Below are positions 1 to 9,073 of a stretch of 64,000 nucleotides of DNA, one piece after another. The notes below the pieces were generated by a model that ran no database searches, was not told where the DNA came from, and saw nothing but the letters and a program-made list of their open reading frames with translations. This DNA comes from an uncultured Acidobacteriota bacterium. GTDB lineage: Bacteria > Acidobacteriota > Terriglobia > Terriglobales > SCQP01. Made by a program: the position numbers and the translations under genes. The stretch's first letter is position 1; each line of letters opens with the position of its first letter. Location: positions 515-64,514 of the forward strand of contig CALEJU010000010.1 of NCBI GenBank assembly GCA_937898755.1, in the 5' to 3' direction.

Positions 1-930
1 CCCGGGCGGGCGGCGTTTATTCTCGGTTTCATCTGGGTGGCGGCGCTGATCAACTGGCGCGGCCCGCACTTCGTCTCCAACTACGCAATTCTGGTGATGA
101 GCGCCGTGCTGGCGCCGTTTGCGGTGTTCGTCGGGCTGGCGTTCTGGCGCGCGCCGGCGGCGCCCATGAGCGCGGCGCATCCGGTGCTCACCGTGAATGG
201 GATGGGGGTGGCGCTGGCGGCGCTGCTCTGGAACTACTCCGGCTGGGACAACGTCGGCACGTTCGCGCCCGCGGTCGAGAAGCCGTCCCGGACGTATCCG
301 CGCGCGCTGCTCGGCGCCTTGCTGCTGATCGTTGTCGCCTATGCGTTGCCGGTGCTGGCCGGGTTACGGCTTGATCCGAAGGTGATGAACTGGCAGGACG
401 GCTATTTCGTCCAACTGGGCGGCATGGCGGGGGGACAGGTGTTGGAGCTGGTGATGGCGCTGGCTGCGGTGGCGAGCGGCTGGGCGCAGTACACCAGCCA
501 ACTGGTCTACGTCGTGCCGCTGCCGGTCAACATGGCTGCGGACGGATACCTGCCGAAGAGTCTGGTCAAGCAGGATAGCCGCGGGACCCCGGTGCGCGCG
601 CTGCTGATGAGCTCGGTGCTCTACAGTGTTTTTGCCATGGCGTCTTTCGGGCACCTCCTGGTCGCGGACACCCTGCTTTACGCCGCCGGCCTCAGTCTTG
701 AGTTTTGGGCCCTGATTCGGCTGCGCAAGACACAAGCCGACGTGGCGCGTCCGTTTCAGATGCCGTTCCGCAACGGAGCGCTGGTCGGTGTTTGCGCCTT
801 GCCGCTGGTCGTGGCGGCGGTGACGGTGACGCTGGCCTCGCGCACGGCGCCGTGGTTCCTGGTGCTGGCGCTCGTGATGCTGGCCAGCGGACCGGTCGTC
901 TACGCCGGAAGGCGTGGAGCGAGCAGGTGA
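1..930 (+). CDS. APC-family amino-acid/polyamine permease, C-terminal part (5' end lies outside window)
   Basis: Frame 1 is open from nt 1 (PGRAAFILGFIWVAAL...) into listed ORF 37..930. It has multiple hydrophobic helices and an NYSGWDNVGTFAPAVEKP block typical of APC transporters. Confidence 0.75.
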   Translation, partial: PGRAAFILGFIWVAALINWRGPHFVSNYAILVMSAVLAPFAVFVGLAFWRAPAAPMSAAHPVLTVNGMGVALAALLWNYSGWDNVGTFAPAVEKPSRTYPRALLGALLLIVVAYALPVLAGLRLDPKVMNWQDGYFVQLGGMAGGQVLELVMALAAVASGWAQYTSQLVYVVPLPVNMAADGYLPKSLVKQDSRGTPVRALLMSSVLYSVFAMASFGHLLVADTLLYAAGLSLEFWALIRLRKTQADVARPFQMPFRNGALVGVCALPLVVAAVTVTLASRTAPWFLVLALVMLASGPVVYAGRRGASR

Positions 931-966
931 AGCGTGGAGGGTCCATGCTGATGGCCTTGCCGAAAA

Positions 967-990
967 CGGACAACTGAAAACCGACAACCG
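967..990. repeat. Half-copy of the dispersed (GTTGTY/RACAAC) repeat family
   Basis: CGGACAACTGAAAACCGACAACCG resembles the right arm at 7642..7669 (..CAACAACTGACAACCG). No partner arm is seen nearby. Confidence 0.4.
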
Positions 991-1264
991 TTCCAGTTGC
1001 GCGCGCCTTCAAGGCTGCTTGGCCATGTGATCGAAAAGGCCGATCAGGTCGGCTGCGACGTAGCGGCCGATGGCTCCTGTGCTATAGACCGCGCCGGCAA
1101 GACGGCCGTCCGGCGGACATGGTCAGTGCGAAATGAGCGAACTCAACATGAGGCATGAAACAATCGACGCTCCGACCGACTTGCCAGCTTCACCGCCGGC
1201 CGTTGATAGGCTAGGGAGTCGCCGGAACGCCCGCGGACGCCGCCTCCTAAGTGATTGAGGAAAG

Positions 1265-2125
1265 ATGCTGACCAAGCTGAGACGATGGCGCTGGGTCCTG
1301 CACGTCTTTGCCGTGCGTTGGAGAATACGCGCCGGGTACCTGTGGTCCGTGCCGCGCGTTTACCGAAACTGGTGGGCTTGGCCACTCCCCAAGCTCGGCG
1401 TCGGCGTCGTCCTGGAACTGCGGGGCGGCGCGCGCTACTACATCCGCCCGCACTCCACTGACCTCAGCGTGGTGAACGAGGCCGTCATTCTCGATCCCTA
1501 CCTGAGGTCCGGGTACATCCAACTGCCCGCCAACTCCGTAATCGTCGACGTCGGCGCCAACATTGGAGACTTCGCCGTCCAGCTTGCCCTCCGCTGCCCG
1601 CGCGGGTGCGTCTACGCGGTCGAGCCCCTGGCGGAGAACGTCAAGATGATCGCGCTCAACAGCCTTCTTAATGACCTGACGGCGAGAATCCAAGTCGTGC
1701 CGGTGGCGTTGGGTGCGCAGCCCGGCGAATCGGACATCTGCGTCGCCGGAAACGCCTCCAGCGCCTATTTCGTCGACCAGCGAGCGCCCGTTGAACGCGT
1801 CCGGGTCACCACGCTTCCGCTGCTGATGGCGGACTACAACATCGAGTGGATCGACTTGCTCAAACTCGACTGCGAAGGTGCCGAGTGGGACATCTTTCCC
1901 GCCTGCGAAGCGGTCCTGCCGAAAATCGGGCAGATCTGCATGGAATATCACACCGCTAACGGCTGGACCGGTGAGCGGCTTGCCGAGTGGCTGCAGGCCC
2001 GCGGCTTCGAAACCCGCATCTCCGCTGGTCCTTGGAATGGCGCCCTCTGGGCCCGCTCCATCACCCTCGCCGCGCGGTCCCGACCGGAACCAGGCGCGCA
2101 GGCGCCTCCCGCCATAGCCCCCTGA
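1265..2125 (+). CDS. FkbM-family SAM-dependent methyltransferase
   Basis: 286 aa. Carries the motif I-like VDVGANIGDFAVQLA and the FkbM-type block LKLDCEGAEWDIF. GAGG lies 4 nt upstream of the ATG. Confidence 0.85.
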   Translation: MLTKLRRWRWVLHVFAVRWRIRAGYLWSVPRVYRNWWAWPLPKLGVGVVLELRGGARYYIRPHSTDLSVVNEAVILDPYLRSGYIQLPANSVIVDVGANIGDFAVQLALRCPRGCVYAVEPLAENVKMIALNSLLNDLTARIQVVPVALGAQPGESDICVAGNASSAYFVDQRAPVERVRVTTLPLLMADYNIEWIDLLKLDCEGAEWDIFPACEAVLPKIGQICMEYHTANGWTGERLAEWLQARGFETRISAGPWNGALWARSITLAARSRPEPGAQAPPAIAP

Positions 2126-2163
2126 GGGCGTGGCCCGCAACCAGCCCGAAACGCAGACCAAGT

Positions 2164-2256
2164 GGAGGAAGACGGGAGGGTGGGAGGAAGGGAATAAGGG
2201 GAGGAAGAACTGTCGCCTTCCGGGTGTTTTCTTCCCTCCCGATTTTCCTCCCTCCC
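2164..2256. terminator. Imperfect polypurine/polypyrimidine inverted repeat between convergent genes (possible bidirectional terminator)
   Basis: GGAGGAAGACGGGAGGGTGGGAGGAAGGGAATAAGGGGAGGAAGAA ... TTTTCTTCCCTCCCGATTTTCCTCCCTCCC. The arms pair only imperfectly (GGAAGAA/TTCTTCC is perfect). Confidence 0.3.
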
Positions 2257-2354
2257 ATCGGTGCTGCTCCACGGCCTCGCCGAGTCAACCGGCAGAGGAA
2301 AAAAGGGCGGATCTTGCGACCGGCCCGCGCCCGTGCAGTTTTCCGGAGCGATCG

Positions 2355-3101
2355 TTACGCCTTGCGGCGGAGTGCGCGTCCGGCGGCCAGTCCGCCGATT
2401 CCGAGCAGGGCAAGCAGGGCCAAGGGCGATCCGGTTGCCGGCATATTGCCGGAAGTACCCGTACTCGATGAGCCCGAGGGTGCGGCGTTGGTGCCGGAGG
2501 TCGACTGATCGGGCGTCTGATTCTGCGTTGCGGCGCCAGTGTCGGGTGTCGCCGGGCTCGGCGTGCTGCTGGGCGCGGCCGACTGGTCCGGCGTGGGTGG
2601 CGTCGAACTCTGCCCACTGGGATTAGCGGTCGTGCTGCTCGGGTTGGTGCTGCTCGGATTGGTCGAACTCTGATCGGGAGTGCTGGTGCTGCTCGTCGAA
2701 CTGCTTTTCGAGCTGTTCGGCGAGGTCTGGTTCATCGGTGTCGTGCTGGGCGCTGTGGTGTTGCCCGGCGTGGTAGTGGATTGCGAACTGCTGTTCGGCG
2801 TCGTGTTGTCCGGCGCTGTGCTGTCTGGCGTCGCGCTGTTCGGGTTGGTCGTGCTCGGGGTGGTGGACGATGGGTTCGACTGGGTGGAGCTATCGGGCGG
2901 CGTCGTCGTGGACGACGGGCTTGCCGGGTTGGCTGTGGTCGAACTCTGATCTGGCGCGGTGGTTGTCGTGCTGCTGCTCTGTCCTGCCGACGAAGAACGC
3001 GGTCGGGACGAGCTGCCTTGCGTGCCCGCACTCTGTGCAACTGCCCACGAGGCCCAAGCCAAAAGCAGAATAGTCAAAGCTAACGGTCGTGTACGCGTCA
3101 T
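2355..3101 (-). CDS. Secreted Ser/Thr/Pro/Asn-rich low-complexity (mucin-like) protein with C-terminal sorting signal
   Basis: I start at the internal ATG 3101 (MTRTRPLALTILLLAWASWAVAQ, a signal peptide) rather than the ORF start 3155. The body consists of reiterated PSSTT/TPDQSS/NPSS motifs. The C-terminus is GNMPATGSPLALLALLGIGGLAAGRALRRKA: motif, hydrophobic helix, basic tail. Confidence 0.7.
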   Translation of the reverse strand: MTRTRPLALTILLLAWASWAVAQSAGTQGSSSRPRSSSAGQSSSTTTTAPDQSSTTANPASPSSTTTPPDSSTQSNPSSTTPSTTNPNSATPDSTAPDNTTPNSSSQSTTTPGNTTAPSTTPMNQTSPNSSKSSSTSSTSTPDQSSTNPSSTNPSSTTANPSGQSSTPPTPDQSAAPSSTPSPATPDTGAATQNQTPDQSTSGTNAAPSGSSSTGTSGNMPATGSPLALLALLGIGGLAAGRALRRKA

Positions 3102-3384
3102 GGTTGGTCTTCTTCTCCCATCTGGATTGCCGCCGCGGTGGCTGTGCTGGAGCAAACTCCAGAGGCGCCGGTTACGGCTGGGCTAGCTGTTGCGATGCCG
3201 GGAGCAGAGCGGAAGACTATGCGGAAAGTGGAGGGCGGAGCGTGGAGTGAAAGGTGAAGCGTGGCTGATAGACAGTGGACAGTAAACGCCACACTCCACG
3301 TTTTACGCTCCACTTTTTGGAATCCTTTACACCTGCCGTTGACTTGACTAACATCGGCGTGTCGAGTGTTGCCCGGAGGCGGAA

Positions 3385-4044
3385 GTGGCGAAGAATAAGA
3401 ACGGATCGGGATTCTCGCGTAGGAAGTTCCTCAAGGGCGTGGGGGTGGGCACCGGAGCACTTTCCGCCGGCCTGCTTTCCCCCGCCGAAACCCTCTCCCA
3501 TGCCGGCGGAGCCTTGGCATTCGGCACGCCACAAGGGCCCGGCGCCGTGCCGATCACGCTGCATATCAACGGTCAGGCGCATCGGTTGAGCGTGGAGCCG
3601 CGGGTCACGCTGCTCGACGCCTTGCGCATGGACCTCGAGATCACCGGCGCCAAGCGCGTCTGTGACCGCGGCACCTGCGGCGCCTGCAGCATGTTGCTGG
3701 ACGGCAAGGTCATCTACGGCTGTAGCATGCTGGCGATTGACGCGCAGGGGCACGAGATCACCACGGTCGAAGGCTTGAGCCACAACGGCCGGCCCCACCC
3801 GCTGATGACCGCCTTCGTCGCCCATGACGGCCAGCAGTGTGGCTTCTGCACGCCGGGTTTCATTGTGGCCAGCAAGGCATTTCTGGACCGCACGCCGCAT
3901 CCCACGCGGGAGCAGGTCAACCACGGGCTGGGCGGCAATCTCTGCCGCTGCGGGACCTACCATGGCATCCGCGAGGCCGTGCTCGATGTCGGCAACCCGA
4001 CCGGCAAGGCAAAGACAGGAGGACAGGCTCATGGCGCCCTCTAA
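3385..4044 (+). CDS. (2Fe-2S)-binding small subunit of a xanthine-dehydrogenase-family oxidoreductase, with TAT signal
   Basis: Twin-arginine motif SRRKFLKG. Cys clusters CDRGTCGAC, QCGFCTPG and CRCGTY. GTG start preceded by GGAGG. Confidence 0.9.
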   Translation: MAKNKNGSGFSRRKFLKGVGVGTGALSAGLLSPAETLSHAGGALAFGTPQGPGAVPITLHINGQAHRLSVEPRVTLLDALRMDLEITGAKRVCDRGTCGACSMLLDGKVIYGCSMLAIDAQGHEITTVEGLSHNGRPHPLMTAFVAHDGQQCGFCTPGFIVASKAFLDRTPHPTREQVNHGLGGNLCRCGTYHGIREAVLDVGNPTGKAKTGGQAHGAL

Positions 4045-6169
4045 ATATGACTGGCCGGTTGCCGGCGAACGCAGCCTGATCGGCACGCGGGTCTCGCGCG
4101 TGGATGGTCCCGCCAAGACCAGCGGCCAAGCCAAGTACACCCTCGATCTCGTGCCACCCGGCATGCTCTACGGCAAGATGCTGAAGAGCCCGTATGCGCT
4201 GGCGAAGATCACGGCGCTCGATGTCAGCGCGGCCAAGAGCATGCCCGGCGTCAAGGCGGTGCACGTCATTCAAGATGTGGGCACCACGATCCAGTGGGCG
4301 GGCGACGAGATCGTCGCCGTGGCTGCGACCACGGAAGGCGAGGCCGAGGACGCGCTGCGCGCCATCAAGATCGAGTACCAGCCCTTGCCCCACCTGGTGA
4401 CGGAAGAGGATCTCAGCCAAGTCGGCACGCGCGGCAAGCTCGGGGAAGAGCAGCGCATGGGCGATCCCGACAAGGCCTTCAGCGACCCTGAGGCGGTGAT
4501 CTCGGAAGGGTTCTACGGTGTTCCCGTCATTACCCACTGCTGCCTGGAGCCGCATGGCGACATCGCGGCGTGGAACGGCGACCAGTTGGAGGTGCATGCC
4601 TCGACACAGGCGGTCACCGGTCTGGTGGGCCAGTTTGCCGAGGGCCTGCAGATCCCGGCCAGCACGGTGCGGGTGATCTGCCAGTACATCGGCGGCGGGT
4701 TCGGCAGCAAGTTTCAGGCGGACCGCTGGGGCATGGTCTCCGCCCGGCTTTCCAAGGCAGCGGGCGCGCCGGTGAAGCTGATGCTGGAGCGCGACGCGGA
4801 GCAGATGGTGGCCGGGTGCCGCCCCTCGACCTTCGCCAACGTCAGCGTGGCGGCCACGAAAGACGGCACGCTGACCGGCTGGAAGTCCCAATCCTGGGGC
4901 ACGGGCGGGGTGGGCGGGGCGGGCGTGCCGCCGCTGCCTTATGTCGTGCGCATTCCCAATCAGGCCAAGCGGCATACGGCGGTCTCGACCAACATCGGCC
5001 CGGCGCGCGCCTGGCGTGCCCCCAACCATCCGCAAGCCTGCGCCATCACCATGACCGCCCTCGACGATCTGGCGGCCAAGCTGAAGATGGACCCGATCGC
5101 GTTCTACCGCAAGAACGCCGCGCTGCTGGGCGACCGCTCGGCCAACTACATGGAGGAGTTCACCAAGGGGGCGGAGCTGGCGGAGTGGGACAAGCACTGG
5201 CATCCTCGCGGCGCGGGTAGTTCCGGTCCAATCAAGCGCGGCCTGGGCGTGAGCCTGCACACCTGGGGTGGCGCCGGCCATGCCTGCATCTGCCGCATGC
5301 GGATTCAGCCGGACGGTGCGGTGGAGTTCGAGATGTCCACCCAGGACCTCGGCACGGGTACCCGGACCATCATGCTGATGGTGGCAGGGGAGACGCTGGG
5401 GCTGCCGATCGAGGCGATCACGCTCAATATCGGCGACAGCAAGTACCCGGCGGGCGGCGCCTCGGGGGGCAGCACGACGGTGGGCGGCGTGAGCTCGGCC
5501 ACGCGGCGCACCGCCATTGACGCCCTCGACCAGCTCTTTGCCGCGGTGGCGCCCAGCCTGGGCGCGACCGCCGATCAGCTCGAGGCGGTGGGCGGCCAGA
5601 TTCGCGTCAAGGGCGCTCCCGGCAAGGCGCTCCCATGGAAGCAGGCCTGCGCCAAGCTGGGCGTGCATGCCATCGAGGCCAGCAACAAGAACCCCGGTCC
5701 CGGCGCGCTCATCTCAAGCGGCGTCGGCGGGGTACAGATCGCCGACGTCTCGGTGGACACCGAAACCGGACAGGTCACCATGAACCGCATGGTGGCGGTG
5801 CAGGATTGCGGCCTGGTGATTGACATCAAAACGGCGGAAAGCCAGGTCTTCGGCGCCCTCATCATGGGCGTCGGCTACGCGCTGTTCGAAGAGAAGATCA
5901 TGGACCGCGCCACCGGCCGCATGTTGAACCCCAACATGGAGTTCTACAAATTGGCCGGCTTGGGCGATGTCGGCGAGCTGCGCGTGCACATGATGACCGG
6001 GCCGGGCTACGACGAGCGCGGCGTCATCGGGCTCGGTGAACCGCCGGTGATCTCGCCGGGAGCGGCGATCTCGAATGCCGTGGCCAACGCCATCGGGGTC
6101 CGCGTCTCCACCCTGCCGCTGACCCCGGACAAGGTGCTGGCCGCGCTGGAGAAAGGAGCGAGCGCCTGA
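4031..6169 (+). CDS. Molybdopterin-binding large subunit (xanthine dehydrogenase/aldehyde oxidase family)
   Basis: Start moved to ATG 4031 (MAPSKYDWPVAG...), overlapping the small-subunit end by 14 nt. Contains the GGGFGSK motif; the family-typical length is 712 aa. Confidence 0.9.
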   Translation: MAPSKYDWPVAGERSLIGTRVSRVDGPAKTSGQAKYTLDLVPPGMLYGKMLKSPYALAKITALDVSAAKSMPGVKAVHVIQDVGTTIQWAGDEIVAVAATTEGEAEDALRAIKIEYQPLPHLVTEEDLSQVGTRGKLGEEQRMGDPDKAFSDPEAVISEGFYGVPVITHCCLEPHGDIAAWNGDQLEVHASTQAVTGLVGQFAEGLQIPASTVRVICQYIGGGFGSKFQADRWGMVSARLSKAAGAPVKLMLERDAEQMVAGCRPSTFANVSVAATKDGTLTGWKSQSWGTGGVGGAGVPPLPYVVRIPNQAKRHTAVSTNIGPARAWRAPNHPQACAITMTALDDLAAKLKMDPIAFYRKNAALLGDRSANYMEEFTKGAELAEWDKHWHPRGAGSSGPIKRGLGVSLHTWGGAGHACICRMRIQPDGAVEFEMSTQDLGTGTRTIMLMVAGETLGLPIEAITLNIGDSKYPAGGASGGSTTVGGVSSATRRTAIDALDQLFAAVAPSLGATADQLEAVGGQIRVKGAPGKALPWKQACAKLGVHAIEASNKNPGPGALISSGVGGVQIADVSVDTETGQVTMNRMVAVQDCGLVIDIKTAESQVFGALIMGVGYALFEEKIMDRATGRMLNPNMEFYKLAGLGDVGELRVHMMTGPGYDERGVIGLGEPPVISPGAAISNAVANAIGVRVSTLPLTPDKVLAALEKGASA

Positions 6170-7167
6170 TGCAAGCCTTCGACTACGCCCGTCCCCACAG
6201 CCTCGCTGAGGCGCTCAAACTGTTGTCCACGGATCGCGATGCGGCCGTGGTGCTGGCGGGCGGAACCGATTTGTTGAGCCTGATGAAGGACAACGTGATC
6301 GCCCCCAAGCGGCTGGTCAGCCTGAAATCCATTGAAGAACTCCACCGGGTGGAGCACAACGCCCACGGCTTGCGCCTCGGGGCCCTGGTGACGCTCGACA
6401 CGTTGAGCACGCATCCGGTGATCGCACAGCACTACCCTGGATTGGCGGAGGCGGCGCTCGGCGTCTCCAGCCCGCAGATCCGCAACATGGGGACAGTGGG
6501 CGGCGATCTCTGCCAGCGTCCGCGCTGCTGGTACTTTCGCGGCGGCTACGGACTCCTCGCCCTGGATCAGGGCAAAGCGCTGGTTCCCGACGGCGACAAC
6601 CGCTATCACGCCATCCTCGGCAATCACGGACCGGCCTATTTCGTGAACCCATCGAGCTTGGCGCCCATCCTCATGGCCTTGGACGCCAAGGTGCGGGTGC
6701 AAGGGCCGAAGACCAGCCGCGAGGTGCCGGTTGCGGAGTTCTTCCGGACCCCGACCAGCGCCACTGAATACGAGAACGTCGTTGCCGCCAACGAGATCGT
6801 GACCGAAGTGTTGATTCCAGCACCGGCGGCCGGCAGCCACCAGGCGGTTTACGAGGTACGCCAGAAAGAGGCCCTCGACTGGCCCCTGGCCGCCGCCGCC
6901 GTGCACGTGCACCTTGCGGGCAACAAGGTGACCACCGCTCGAATCGTGTTGGGACACGTCGCACCCACCCCGTGGCGCGCCGAAGCGGCGGAACAGATGT
7001 TGGTTGGCAAAGCGGTGAACGAGGACGTCGCCACCGCTGTCGGCCGCGCCGCCGTCATGGGCGCCAGCCCGCTCAGCCGCAACGCTTACAAAGTGCAGCT
7101 CGCCCGCGTGGCCGTGAAACGCGCCCTGCTGCGCGCCACCGGTCAGCTCGCCGTCCCGAAGGCCTAG
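6169..7167 (+). CDS. FAD-binding medium subunit (CO-dehydrogenase flavoprotein-like)
   Basis: 332 aa with VLAGGTDLLSLMK and NMGTVGGDL motifs. The ATG overlaps the large-subunit stop (TGATG). Confidence 0.9.
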   Translation: MQAFDYARPHSLAEALKLLSTDRDAAVVLAGGTDLLSLMKDNVIAPKRLVSLKSIEELHRVEHNAHGLRLGALVTLDTLSTHPVIAQHYPGLAEAALGVSSPQIRNMGTVGGDLCQRPRCWYFRGGYGLLALDQGKALVPDGDNRYHAILGNHGPAYFVNPSSLAPILMALDAKVRVQGPKTSREVPVAEFFRTPTSATEYENVVAANEIVTEVLIPAPAAGSHQAVYEVRQKEALDWPLAAAAVHVHLAGNKVTTARIVLGHVAPTPWRAEAAEQMLVGKAVNEDVATAVGRAAVMGASPLSRNAYKVQLARVAVKRALLRATGQLAVPKA

Positions 7168-7179
7168 GAGAACGTCAAC

Positions 7180-7458
7180 ATGGCTGAAGACGCTATGGGT
7201 GAATACAATGCGCTCGACAGTGTGACGGAAGGTCCGCGTTCCGGTCTGGCGGGCACGACGGTGGGCGCTGCCACGCAGCGCTGCCGCCGCCTGCGTTGCA
7301 AGGAGATGTTTATTGATCCCGCGGTCAACCTGAACATCGCCAGCTCCGGCAGCGGTATTTTCTGGTGTGTTTACACACAGAACTGTCTTGGCCCCGATGG
7401 TGCCGCCGCCGGCCACGAAGAGTGCCGCGCCCCGCGTAGTTGCTACGAGCCGCTGTGA
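7180..7458 (+). CDS. Small Cys-rich hypothetical protein coupled to the oxidoreductase operon
   Basis: 92 aa. AGGAG lies 9 nt upstream, and the gene starts 12 nt after the FAD-subunit stop. Cys pattern: RCRRLRCKEMF...FWCVYTQNCLGPDG...EECRAPRSCY. Confidence 0.55.
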   Translation: MAEDAMGEYNALDSVTEGPRSGLAGTTVGAATQRCRRLRCKEMFIDPAVNLNIASSGSGIFWCVYTQNCLGPDGAAAGHEECRAPRSCYEPL

Positions 7459-7465
7459 TTGTTGT

Positions 7466-7669
7466 CGGTTGTCAGTTGTTGGTTGTCGGCAACGCAAACG
7501 CAACGCACAACCGTTGACGGTGCGTGGCAGCACAGAACGCAACATAGAACGCAGCACAACGCTTGTCGGTCCGCGGCTATCGGTTGTACGCTACATACTA
7601 TTGGGGTTGCACTGGCGGCCGTGAGGTTGCGCGTGCTTTGAGTTGCCGACAACCAACAACTGACAACCG
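7466..7669. repeat. Element bounded by perfect 28-bp inverted repeats (MITE-like or long hairpin)
   Basis: CGGTTGTCAGTTGTTGGTTGTCGGCAAC (7466..7493) is the exact reverse complement of GTTGCCGACAACCAACAACTGACAACCG (7642..7669). The 148-bp interior has AACGCA-type short repeats. Confidence 0.8.
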
Positions 7670-7694
7670 AAGACTGTTCTCGGAGGCTTGTGGC

Positions 7695-8357
7695 ATGAGC
7701 AAATCCGGACTTGCTATCGCATCCCTGCTGCTGCTGGTGGTCGCGCCTTTGCGCGCGGCGATCACGGGTGATTACGTCGAGGTACGCAGCGCCGACGTCT
7801 ACACCGGACCGTGTTTTGCCAACGGTGAGATGGGCCTCACGGGCGACCAGGCGATTCTGGCGTGGCATGTGCGCGATGGGGGCTTCCAAGGGGTGTCCTT
7901 GGCGGGGCTCTCGGTGTTCGCCGTCGTGCGGGCGAGCGGCACGCTGGGCGACACGCTGCACGATCCGTATCCGGCGCGATCCATCCTGATCGTGGATGCG
8001 CAGGCGACGCCGGAACAACGCGCCGCGCTGGCGGCCTTCGTGAAGTCGGTGGCCGGGGCGCTGGTCAGCAATGTGGTGCGGGTCGAGTCGGCTCCGATGG
8101 TCTTCCAGTTCGGGGAGGGTGAGGATCACGGCACCGTGCGCCTGGCGGCGGGCAAGTTGGCCATGATTGACACGCGTCCCTTGCAGGCGTGCGACACCAT
8201 CTGCGGCAACGAGGAGACCTTCTATCCGCCACTCACCAAACTGACCCACTCCATGCCGGCCTTCACCGAGGAAGAAGGGTTCAGCGGTCGCGGCCTGAAC
8301 GTGGTCTGGAAGCGCGCCGACAAGCGCAGCGCCTTCGTCGGTTACTTCAGCTATTAG
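7695..8357 (+). CDS. Secreted hypothetical protein, DUF1326-like by eye
   Basis: Start at ATG 7695, 8 nt after GGAGG. Signal peptide MSKSGLAIASLLLLVVAPLRAA. The block IVDAQATPEQRAALAAFVKS recalls DUF1326 proteins. Confidence 0.6.
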   Translation: MSKSGLAIASLLLLVVAPLRAAITGDYVEVRSADVYTGPCFANGEMGLTGDQAILAWHVRDGGFQGVSLAGLSVFAVVRASGTLGDTLHDPYPARSILIVDAQATPEQRAALAAFVKSVAGALVSNVVRVESAPMVFQFGEGEDHGTVRLAAGKLAMIDTRPLQACDTICGNEETFYPPLTKLTHSMPAFTEEEGFSGRGLNVVWKRADKRSAFVGYFSY

Positions 8358-8377
8358 TCATTGCCGGACGCGGCGCT

Positions 8378-8403
8378 GACTTTAACCTGGAAGTCGTTTT
8401 TTT
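8378..8403 (+). terminator. Weak hairpin plus T7 tract
   Basis: GACTT-N8-AAGTC followed by G and TTTTTTT, 21 nt after the stop at 8357. Confidence 0.3.
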
Positions 8404-8413
8404 GGACGCCCTT

Positions 8414-9073
8414 ATGCACATCATGCGTATCCGTGGTTTTGCCCTCGTGTTGCCGTGCTTGCTGGCGGTGAGTGCGCTCGCGCAAGGTCCTTACAAGGTG
8501 GAGAAGGCGACGGCAGCGCCGGCGGGGGTTCCAGCCGCCGACGCCGCGGCGCTGCAAGCCACCGGCTGGCGGGTTGTGAATGGCACCAGCCCCTTCCTCG
8601 CCATTTGGCTTACAAAGAAGGCGGCGCTGGCGGCTTCGCCAAGCGCCGACCCTTCGGTGGCGTACGGGACGTTGGATCCCGGCAGTTGGTTGGGCGAGTT
8701 GCAGTTCCTGACCGCCGGAAGCGATTTCCGTGGGCAGGCGATCAAGCCCGGCCTCTATTCGCTGCGCTATGGATTGCGTCCCGAGGATGGCAACCACCAG
8801 GGCACCAGCACGTACCGTGACTTCCTGGTCCTGTTGCCGGCGAGTACCGACACCGATCCGTCCAAAGCGCTGAGCTTCCGCGACATGGTCAAGATGAGCC
8901 GCGCCGCTTCCGGGACCAACCATCCGCAGATCATGAGCCTGGTCCCAACCACGGCGACCGCGTTTCCCGCGGTGGGGGCGGATGACAGCAGCCATACCGT
9001 GCTGCAAGTGGTGGGACCGCAACCGGTGGCTGCCCTGGGGCTGGTCATCGTCGGTCAGTCCGATGCGCAGTAA
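8414..9073 (+). CDS. Secreted hypothetical protein
   Basis: Start at internal ATG 8414 (or 8423). Signal peptide MRIRGFALVLPCLLAVSALAQG. No motif recognised. Confidence 0.55.
   Translation: MHIMRIRGFALVLPCLLAVSALAQGPYKVEKATAAPAGVPAADAAALQATGWRVVNGTSPFLAIWLTKKAALAASPSADPSVAYGTLDPGSWLGELQFLTAGSDFRGQAIKPGLYSLRYGLRPEDGNHQGTSTYRDFLVLLPASTDTDPSKALSFRDMVKMSRAASGTNHPQIMSLVPTTATAFPAVGADDSSHTVLQVVGPQPVAALGLVIVGQSDAQ

Noticed and set aside
1009-1122. A possible C-terminal gene remnant on the minus strand (…DGRLAGAVYSTGAIGRYVAADLIGLFDHMAKQP*) followed by a repeat half-copy
   Set aside because: Only 37 codons lie after an in-frame stop, with no start codon and no recognisable family. The claim cannot be supported without a database search.
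3917-5668. Very long antisense or out-of-frame ORFs, for example 3917..5668(-), 6007..7557(-), 16215..17828(+), 20971..22464(+), 22194..23591(+), 25792..27003(-), 28496..29728(-), 35602..36987(-), 42192..43787(-) and 46347..48725(-)
   Set aside because: All overlap genes with clear family motifs on the other strand or frame. Their translations are Arg/Gly/Ala/His-rich with no motifs, as expected for shadow ORFs in high-GC DNA.
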